Shown piece after piece: positions 55,778 through 64,000 of a stretch of 64,000 bases of DNA. How positions within the stretch are numbered: the stretch's first letter is position 1; the number at the start of each line of letters is the position of its first letter. The notes below the pieces were generated by a model. It saw nothing but the letters and a program-made list of their open reading frames with translations, had not been told where the DNA came from and did no database searches. The DNA comes from Pseudocitrobacter cyperus. Its GTDB lineage: Bacteria > Pseudomonadota > Gammaproteobacteria > Enterobacterales > Enterobacteriaceae. The stretch is taken from contig NZ_JAYMYY010000008.1 in the NCBI RefSeq assembly GCF_039889165.1, positions 82,200 through 146,199 on the forward strand, read 5' to 3'. The position numbers were made by a program, and so were the translations under genes.

Positions 55778-56602
55778 ATGGTTGCCACCGTTCCCGCGAA
55801 ACGCGGAAGAAAACCCGCAGCAGCCGCCGCGCCACAGAGCGGGCAGGTTCAGTCGCTGACGCGTGGGCTGAAATTACTGGAATGGATTGCTGAATCAAAC
55901 GGTAGCGTTGCGCTGACCGAACTCGCCCAGCAGGCCGGCTTGCCCAATTCCACCACTCACCGTTTGCTTACCACCATGCAGCAGCAGGGTTTCGTTCGCC
56001 AGGTGGGCGAGCTGGGGCACTGGGCGGTGGGCGCACACGCGTTTATCGTCGGCAGCAGCTTTTTGCAGAGCCGTAACCTGCTGGCGATTGTCCACCCGAT
56101 TCTGCGCTCGCTAATGGAAGACTCCGGCGAGACGGTTAACCTGGCGGTGCTCGACCAGAGCGACCATCAGGCCATTATTATTGACCAGGTTCAGTGCACG
56201 CAGTTGATGCGCATGTCTGCGCCCATTGGCGGCAAGCTCCCCATGCATGCGTCTGGCGCGGGTAAGGCTTTTTTGTCACAACTGAGCGAAGAACAGGTCA
56301 CTGGTTTGCTGCACCGTAAAGGGCTGCATGCCTATACCCACGCGACGCTGGTATCGCCGGTACATCTGAAAGAGGATCTCGCCCAGACGCGCAAGCGCGG
56401 GTATTCGTTTGACGATGAAGAGCATGCGCTGGGGCTGCGCTGCGTGGCGTCCTGCATTTATGACGAGCACCGCGAGCCGTTTGCGGCAATCTCCATTTCC
56501 GGGCCGATTTCACGCATTACCGACGACCGGGTAACGGAGTTTGGCGCGATGGTGATCAGGGCGGCGAAGGAAGTGACGCTGGCGTATGGTGGGGTACGCT
56601 AA
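55778..56602 (+). CDS. iclR: glyoxylate bypass repressor IclR
   Basis: 274 aa; near-identical to E. coli IclR. Confidence 0.95.
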   Translation: MVATVPAKRGRKPAAAAAPQSGQVQSLTRGLKLLEWIAESNGSVALTELAQQAGLPNSTTHRLLTTMQQQGFVRQVGELGHWAVGAHAFIVGSSFLQSRNLLAIVHPILRSLMEDSGETVNLAVLDQSDHQAIIIDQVQCTQLMRMSAPIGGKLPMHASGAGKAFLSQLSEEQVTGLLHRKGLHAYTHATLVSPVHLKEDLAQTRKRGYSFDDEEHALGLRCVASCIYDEHREPFAAISISGPISRITDDRVTEFGAMVIRAAKEVTLAYGGVR

Positions 56603-56910
56603 CACCTGTGGCAGGCCTGGAGATAATTATTGGGATCCTGCCTTTCATGCAACACGGCCAGAACCACAATCCCCTCCGCGACCTCCTGGTAGTAAATCAC
56701 GTGGCTTTCAACAGGAAAGCTACGCACGCCTGAAAAAAGGTCGTCACTGCGGTCGCGGCCTGGTGAGGGATGCTTGTCGAGAATACCCGTCATCGTGGCA
56801 CGTAATACATTCGCATATGTCTCAGCGACCTCTTTTCCCCATCGTTGCGCAGAGTAAACCCGGATCGCCCGGATATGCGCCTTCGCCATTGTGGTAAACC
56901 GCACGCTCAT
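56599..56910 (-). CDS. ParE/RelE-family toxin, about 96-103 aa (start Met1 or Met8)
   Basis: ParE hallmarks (A..IRAIRVYSAQRWGKE...SFPVESHVIYYQ...IVVLAVLHERQD); its 3' end overlaps the iclR stop by 4 nt, convergently. Confidence 0.75.
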   Translation of the reverse strand: MSVRFTTMAKAHIRAIRVYSAQRWGKEVAETYANVLRATMTGILDKHPSPGRDRSDDLFSGVRSFPVESHVIYYQEVAEGIVVLAVLHERQDPNNYLQACHRC

Positions 56911-56925
56911 CCCTGAATCGTATCC

Positions 56926-57192
56926 TTACTTTGCGTTGAGCTCATCATCAGTCAGTGGGCGAAATACGTCATCGGCGCTATGAAGTTCGCCTCTCTCCGC
57001 CTGGGCGATAGACTCTGCCAGCACGGATTTCAGGCTCTGTAATTTTAGCTGGGTGTAATGGTCATACTCTTCTGGTGAGATAACAACGGCCACACGTTTT
57101 CCATGCTTACTGATTTCCACGGGCTCACGCTGGGCTTTCATCAGTAACTCACCAAACTGGTTCTTGGCTTGCTGTGCGGGCATGCTCTGCAT
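56926..57192 (-). CDS. Phd/YefM-family antitoxin, 88 aa
   Basis: N-terminal Phd/YefM fold motif (QAKNQFGELLMKAQREPVEISKHGKRVAVVISPEEY); lies 16 nt upstream of the ParE-like gene. Confidence 0.75.
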   Translation of the reverse strand: MQSMPAQQAKNQFGELLMKAQREPVEISKHGKRVAVVISPEEYDHYTQLKLQSLKSVLAESIAQAERGELHSADDVFRPLTDDELNAK

Positions 57193-57329
57193 ACCGCCTC
57201 CTTCCGTCTAAAATGGCTCGAATAGCTCTTAGCAATATCATAGAAAGAAGGCATCGGTTGCTCCAGTGAAATCAACATGACATACGTCCTGATCCAAACT
57301 GGAGCCACAATAGAACGCAAAGTCACGTA

Positions 57330-59120
<1,791 letters not shown>

Positions 59121-59168
59121 TCAGTGCGCGATGTCGGCCCGGTAGCGGCGCGCCACCGGGCATCGGGA

Positions 59169-60473
59169 TCAGAACTGTGACTCTTCCGTTGAACCGGTCA
59201 ACGCGGTTACCGAGGAAGCGCCGCCCTGAATAATGGTCGTCACTTTATCGAAGTAGCCCGTCCCCACTTCCTGCTGATGAGAAACGAAGGTGTAACCGTC
59301 TTTGCCCGCTTCAAATTCAGGCTGCTGCACTTTCTCAACATAGTGCTTCATGCCTTCACCCTGCGCGTAAGAGCGCGCCAGGTCGAACATGTTGAACCAC
59401 ATGCTGTGAATGCCCGCCAGAGTGATGAACTGGTATTTGTAGCCCATATCCGACAGTTGTTGCTGGAAGCTGGCGATGGTTTTATCGTCCAGATTTTTCT
59501 GCCAGTTGAACGATGGCGAGCAGTTGTAGGCCAGCAGCTTGCCCGGATATTTAGCGTGTACCGCCTCGGCAAAACGGCGCGCGAGGTCGAGATCCGGCGT
59601 CGAGGTTTCACACCATACCAGGTCTGCATACGGCGCATACGCCAGGCCACGGCTAATCGCCTGCTCAATGCCCGCACGAGTACGGAAGAAGCCTTCGCTG
59701 GTGCGCTCACCGGTGATGAATGCGCTATCGTAAGCGTCGCAATCGGAGGTGATCAGATCTGCCGCATCCGCATCCGTTCGCGCAATGACCAGCGTCGGCA
59801 CGCCCATAACATCGGCCGCCAGGCGCGCCGCAACCAGCTTCTGAATAGCTTCCTGCGTCGGAACCAGCACTTTCCCGCCCATATGACCGCACTTCTTCAC
59901 CGACGCGAGCTGATCTTCGAAGTGAACAGCCGCTGCACCGGCTTCAATCATCGATTTCATCAGCTCATATGCGTTCAATACGCCACCGAAGCCCGCTTCC
60001 GCATCGGCGACGATCGGCAGGAAGTAATCGGTATAACGCGGATCGTTCGGTTCGATACCGGACGCCCACTGGATCTGATCCGCACGGCGGAAGGTGTTAT
60101 TGATCCGATCCACCACCGCCGGTACCGAGTTCGCCGGATAAAGCGATTGATCCGGATACATGCTCGATGCCAGGTTGGCGTCAGCCGCTACCTGCCAGCC
60201 GGAGAGATAAATCGCCTCAATACCCGCTTTCGCCTGCTGCAACGCCTGGCCGCCGGTCAGCGCACCGAGGCTGTTAACATAGCCTTTCTTCGACTCACCG
60301 TGCAGCAGTCGCCACATCTTCGCCGCGCCCAATTGCGCCAGCGTGCACTCCGGGTTAACCGAACCGCGTAATTTCACCACTTCCTCAGCGCTGTAGGGGC
60401 GACGAATACCTTCCCAGCGCGGTTGAGTCCACTCTTTCTGTAATTCTTCAATTTGTTGTGTACGGGTTTTCAT
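59169..60473 (-). CDS. aceA: isocitrate lyase (start [15 protein letters not shown])
   Basis: 434 aa; KKCGH active-site motif. Confidence 0.97.
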   Translation of the reverse strand: MKTRTQQIEELQKEWTQPRWEGIRRPYSAEEVVKLRGSVNPECTLAQLGAAKMWRLLHGESKKGYVNSLGALTGGQALQQAKAGIEAIYLSGWQVAADANLASSMYPDQSLYPANSVPAVVDRINNTFRRADQIQWASGIEPNDPRYTDYFLPIVADAEAGFGGVLNAYELMKSMIEAGAAAVHFEDQLASVKKCGHMGGKVLVPTQEAIQKLVAARLAADVMGVPTLVIARTDADAADLITSDCDAYDSAFITGERTSEGFFRTRAGIEQAISRGLAYAPYADLVWCETSTPDLDLARRFAEAVHAKYPGKLLAYNCSPSFNWQKNLDDKTIASFQQQLSDMGYKYQFITLAGIHSMWFNMFDLARSYAQGEGMKHYVEKVQQPEFEAGKDGYTFVSHQQEVGTGYFDKVTTIIQGGASSVTALTGSTEESQF

Positions 60474-60504
60474 GTGCAGATGCTCCATATTGTTATGTGG
60501 TGAT

Positions 60505-62106
60505 TTACGCTAACAGGCGGTAGCCTGGCAGAGTCAGGAAGTCGATAAGGTCGTCGGAGGTGGTGATCTGCTCCATCAGGCGCGCGGCGGCATCGAAGCG
60601 CCCACTGCTGAAGCGGTGCTCTCCCAGCTCTTCCTGAATCACCAACAACTCTTCGGCCAGCATCTGGCGGAACAGCGCTTTGGTGACGGCTTTGCCGTTG
60701 CTCAGGGTTTTCTGATGATGGATCCACTGCCAGATAGAGGTACGGGAGATTTCCGCCGTTGCGGCATCCTCCATCAGGCCGTAAATCGGTACGCAGCCGT
60801 TGCCGGAGATCCACGCTTCGATGTACTGCACCGCAACGCGAATATTGGCGCGCATCCCCTCTTCGGTACGTTCACCGTCGCAAGGGGCCAGCAGTTGCTC
60901 AGCGGTGATAGGCGCATCGTCGCTGCGGGTCACGAATAACTGATTTTTATGCTCGCCGAGCACATCGTTGAAAACGGCCATCGCGGTGTCCGCCAGCCCC
61001 GGATGCGCCACCCATGTGCCATCGTGACCGTTGTTGGCTTCCAGCGATTTATCCGCTTTGACTTTATTGAGCACCTGCGTATTTCGCTCGGCGTCTTTGC
61101 TCGGAATAAACGCCGCCATGCCGCCCATCGCGAACGCGCCGCGTTTGTGGCAGGTTTTAATCAGCAGGCGCGAGTAAGCGCTGAGGAACGGCTTGTCCAT
61201 CGTCACTACCTGGCGGTCAGGTAACACGCGGTCGGGGTGGTTTTTCAGGGTTTTAATGTAGCTGAAGATGTAATCCCAGCGGCCACAGTTCAGGCCGACA
61301 ATGTGATCGCGCAGCGCGTGCAGGATTTCATCCATCTGGAAGACGGCGGGCAGCGTTTCAATCAGCAGAGTGGCTTTGATGGTGCCGCGCGGCAGGTCAA
61401 AGCGATCTTCCGCATAGCTGAAGACGTCACTCCACCAGGCCGCTTCCAGCCAGGCCTGGGTTTTCGGCAGATAGAAGTACGGGCCGCTGCCTTTCGCCAG
61501 TAACGCTTTGTAGTTGTGGAAGAAGTAGAGCGCGAAATCAAACAGGCTGCCCGGAATGGCTTCACCGCGCCAGGTAACGTGTTTCTCCGGTAAATGCAGG
61601 CCGCGCACGCGACAAATCAGCAGCGCGGGATTGGGTTTCAACTGGTAGATTTTCCCCGCTTCATTGGTGTAGCTGATGGTGCCGTTCACGGCATCGCGCA
61701 GGTTGATTTGCCCATCAATCACTTTGTTCCAGTCCGGCGCCAGCGAATCCTCGAAATCGGCCATAAACACTTTTACGTTGGCGTTCAGGGCGTTAATCAC
61801 CATTTTGCGTTCAACGGGGCCGGTGATCTCTACGCGGCGATCCTGTAAGTCTTCCGGGATACCGCGAATTTTCCAGTCACTGTTACGAATGGAAGCGGTT
61901 TCCGAAATAAAATCAGGCAACTTTCCGTCATCGATATCCTGCTGTTGCTGAATACGCGCAGCCAGCAGTTTATTGCGCTGCGACGTAAAGCGCGTCACCA
62001 GTTCACTGAGAAATTCAACGGCTTCTGCCGTTAAGATCTGCTGCTCCTGCCCGGTAAAAGGTTCGGTAAACGCCAGTTCATCCGCCGTTGTTGCCTGTTG
62101 TGTCAT
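60505..62106 (-). CDS. aceB: malate synthase A (start [13 protein letters not shown])
   Basis: 533 aa from the internal Met; near-identical to E. coli AceB. Confidence 0.97.
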   Translation of the reverse strand: MTQQATTADELAFTEPFTGQEQQILTAEAVEFLSELVTRFTSQRNKLLAARIQQQQDIDDGKLPDFISETASIRNSDWKIRGIPEDLQDRRVEITGPVERKMVINALNANVKVFMADFEDSLAPDWNKVIDGQINLRDAVNGTISYTNEAGKIYQLKPNPALLICRVRGLHLPEKHVTWRGEAIPGSLFDFALYFFHNYKALLAKGSGPYFYLPKTQAWLEAAWWSDVFSYAEDRFDLPRGTIKATLLIETLPAVFQMDEILHALRDHIVGLNCGRWDYIFSYIKTLKNHPDRVLPDRQVVTMDKPFLSAYSRLLIKTCHKRGAFAMGGMAAFIPSKDAERNTQVLNKVKADKSLEANNGHDGTWVAHPGLADTAMAVFNDVLGEHKNQLFVTRSDDAPITAEQLLAPCDGERTEEGMRANIRVAVQYIEAWISGNGCVPIYGLMEDAATAEISRTSIWQWIHHQKTLSNGKAVTKALFRQMLAEELLVIQEELGEHRFSSGRFDAAARLMEQITTSDDLIDFLTLPGYRLLA

Positions 62107-62214
62107 TGTGCTGATCCTCATTATGTATTCCGATCGATCCCCCAGGGGTGAACGGACGATCGCTGCATAGTTTTCATTCAACACTTTTAAGACTATCCAG
62201 GAATTAATAAAAAT

Positions 62215-62245
62215 CAAAAACGATTTCCATTTTTAAATTAAATTG
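62215..62245 (-). promoter_or_regulatory. IclR operator in the aceB promoter (AAATGGAAATCGTTTTTGATTTT on minus strand)
   Basis: Matches the E. coli aceBAK IclR box. Confidence 0.5.
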
Positions 62246-62309
62246 CATGTAACATGATGATTAGAATGGAATTAAAATTTTTTAATTGATTGAGGTGCTT
62301 TTCGGAAAT

Positions 62310-62340
62310 GAAAAAGGCACCCGAAGGTGCCTGAGGAAGA
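62310..62340 (-). terminator. rho-independent terminator of metA (AGGCACCTTCGGGTGCCT + TTTTCATTTC on minus strand)
   Basis: Perfect hairpin plus T-tract. Confidence 0.75.
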
Positions 62341-62376
62341 GTGCTGAAACGCTTTAGGATCGAGAGATGTAGACGA

Positions 62377-63306
62377 TCAGTCCAGCGTTGGATTCATATT
62401 CCGCAGATCGTATGGCGTGATCTGGTAGACGTAATAGTTGAGCCAGTTAGCAAACAGCAGGTTGCCGTGGCTACGCCAGGTGGCGCGAGGTTTGTTTTGC
62501 GGGTCGTTTTTCGGGAAGTAATTATGCGGCACTTCCGGGCTAAGGCCGGCATCAACATCGCGGAAATATTCTCCCGCCAGCGTATTAGCATCATATTCCG
62601 GATGACCGGTGACAAACGCGATGCGCTTATCTTTACTGGCGAACAGGTAAGCATCCCCGTCTTCCGTCTCCGCCAGGATGTCGAGGTCGGTATAGTCGCG
62701 GATCAGGGCCGCCGGGAAGTCGGCATAGCGTGAATGCGGTGCAAGGAAACTGTCATCAAAGCCGCGCGTGAGGAGGGCATGAGGTTGCAGAATGTGGTGC
62801 TCATAGACGCCGGAGAGCTTGTCGGTGCGGGTTTGTTTCGGGATACCATAAAGGATATTCAATGCGGCCTGCACCGCCCAGCAAACAAAGAGCGTTGAGG
62901 TGACATGATCTTTTGCCCATTCCAGTACTTGTTTAATCTGCGGCCAATAAGCGACATCGTTAAACTCCACCAGGCCCAGCGGCGCGCCCGTCACAATCAG
63001 GCCATCAAAGTTCTGATCGCAGATTTCATCGAAATTACAGTAGAAGTTATTCAGATGTTCAGCGGGCGTGTTGCGAGACTCACGGGCATCAATACGCAGC
63101 AGTTGAATATCCACCTGTAGCGGTGAGTTGGACAAAAGACGCAGGAACTGGTTTTCCGTTTCGATTTTCTTCGGCATCAGGTTGAGTATCAGAACCTTCA
63201 GAGGACGAATTTCCTGACCTGTTGCACGCGATGCCGTCATCACAAAGACATTTTCATCACGCAAGAAATTGACGGCTGGTAGCTCGTCCTGTACCCGAAT
63301 CGGCAT
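62377..63306 (-). CDS. metA: homoserine O-succinyltransferase
   Basis: 309 aa; near-identical to E. coli MetA. Confidence 0.97.
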   Translation of the reverse strand: MPIRVQDELPAVNFLRDENVFVMTASRATGQEIRPLKVLILNLMPKKIETENQFLRLLSNSPLQVDIQLLRIDARESRNTPAEHLNNFYCNFDEICDQNFDGLIVTGAPLGLVEFNDVAYWPQIKQVLEWAKDHVTSTLFVCWAVQAALNILYGIPKQTRTDKLSGVYEHHILQPHALLTRGFDDSFLAPHSRYADFPAALIRDYTDLDILAETEDGDAYLFASKDKRIAFVTGHPEYDANTLAGEYFRDVDAGLSPEVPHNYFPKNDPQNKPRATWRSHGNLLFANWLNYYVYQITPYDLRNMNPTLD

Positions 63307-63339
63307 AACCTTGTTACCTCACAACATACGTATAAACGT

Positions 63340-63357
63340 TTAGATATCCAGATAGCT
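63340..63357 (-). promoter_or_regulatory. tandem MetJ boxes (AGCTATCT-GGATATCT on minus strand) upstream of metA
   Basis: Two 8-bp units approximating AGACGTCT. Confidence 0.4.
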
Positions 63358-63462
63358 GACAATAACCAGGAATAAGTGAAATGTCGAGTCGGCATGTGAA
63401 AGGTGAGAAAGTTTCACTAACAACATTACCGTAGAATATAAGAATAAATAAAAGGAGTAATT

Positions 63463-63906
63463 ATGGTTATTAATATTCGCCGTTCCCGGCACGATGAAGG
63501 GGAAAAACTGGTCGCTGTCTGGTGCCGTTCTGTTGATGCCACGCACCATTTTTTGTCTGCTGAGTATCGGGCTGAGCTGGAGACGCTGGTACGCTCATTT
63601 TTACCGGAGGCGCCGCTGTGGGTTGCGGCCAATGCGCAGGATGAACCGGTTGGTTTTATGCTGTTGAGCGGGCAGCATATGGATGCATTGTTTGTGGATC
63701 CTGATGCGCGTGGCAGGGGGGTTGGCCGTTTGTTGGTGGAACTTGCACTCTCTCAGGCGCCGGAGTTAACGACTAATGTGAATGAGCAGAACGAGCAGGC
63801 GGTTGGGTTTTATAAGAAGATGGGGTTTAAGGTTACAGGGCGCAGCGAGGTGGACGATCTTGGGAAGCCGTATCCGCTATTGAACCTGGCGTATTTGAAG
63901 GGGTAG
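63463..63906 (+). CDS. yjaB: GNAT-family N-acetyltransferase YjaB
   Basis: 147 aa; matches E. coli YjaB; acetyl-CoA motif RGRGVGRLLV. Confidence 0.9.
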   Translation: MVINIRRSRHDEGEKLVAVWCRSVDATHHFLSAEYRAELETLVRSFLPEAPLWVAANAQDEPVGFMLLSGQHMDALFVDPDARGRGVGRLLVELALSQAPELTTNVNEQNEQAVGFYKKMGFKVTGRSEVDDLGKPYPLLNLAYLKG

Positions 63907-63965
63907 TGCGGTGTGTTACCCGGTGGGCGGAGCTTACCGGGTCTTCGGGGCTTTTCCCGCTGCAA

Positions 63966-63995
63966 CGCAAAAAGGCCATCCTTTCGGATGGCCTC
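63966..63995 (-). terminator. strong rho-independent terminator on minus strand at window end (AGGCCATCCGAAAGGATGGCCT + TTTTGCG)
   Basis: Perfect hairpin plus T-tract; probably terminates a downstream gene or operon converging on yjaB. Confidence 0.6.
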
Positions 63996-64000
63996 CTGCT

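Noticed and set aside
57141-57326. 61-aa ORF upstream of the Phd-like antitoxin
   Set aside because: It overlaps the antitoxin start and promoter region and has no similarity. It is likely non-coding promoter DNA for the toxin-antitoxin pair.

Overview
This is an Enterobacteriaceae chromosomal window, collinear with the E. coli K-12 90-92 min region in reverse orientation. The backbone runs yjbR-aphA-tyrB-alr-dnaB-qor-pspG-dusA-zur-yjbJ-dinF-lexA-dgkA-plsB-ubiAC-malM-lamB-malK/malEFG-psiE-yjbHGFE-pgi-lysC-[yjbD]-rluF-pepE-yjbB-metH-iclR-aceKAB-metA-yjaB. Most proteins are roughly 85-98% similar to their K-12 counterparts as I recall them; no alignment was run. REP elements point to Escherichia, Citrobacter or Salmonella. 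I saw no CRISPR array, rRNA gene, tRNA gene, integrase or transposase.

Accessory content relative to K-12 sits at discrete points:
- A roughly 5.6 kb block between lysC and yjbD (34020-39660). It carries an RtcR-like CARF/sigma54 activator transcribed divergently from a sigma54 promoter and a roughly 290-nt structured leader. The leader runs into a two-gene operon encoding an SPFH/band-7 protein and a Pol-beta-type (RlaP-like) nucleotidyltransferase. No rtcB or rtcA is present. The block also holds a BASS transporter and a decayed toxin-antitoxin module.
- The L-sorbose PTS operon sorCDFBAME between rluF and pepE, followed by an intact Gp49/HigB-like toxin with an XRE antitoxin.
- A 1.5 kb AT-rich islet between yjbB and metH. 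It encodes an unrecognised 269-aa soluble protein and a small 4-TM membrane protein.
- A ParE/Phd-type toxin-antitoxin pair where K-12 has arpA, between iclR and aceK.
- A FadL-like outer-membrane barrel where K-12 has yjbLM.
- An uncharacterised, translationally coupled ORF pair at the window start where yjbQ would be.

The sequence also shows a lysine riboswitch, LexA SOS boxes, MalT boxes, sigma54 promoters, IclR and MetJ operators, REP elements, and a GC-rich palindromic repeat family (CCCTCTCCC-N4-GGGAGAGGG) present as inverted pairs at two loci. Two of these were matched to K-12 sequences from memory only. Coordinates for starts and small sites come from hand counting and may be off by a few nucleotides.
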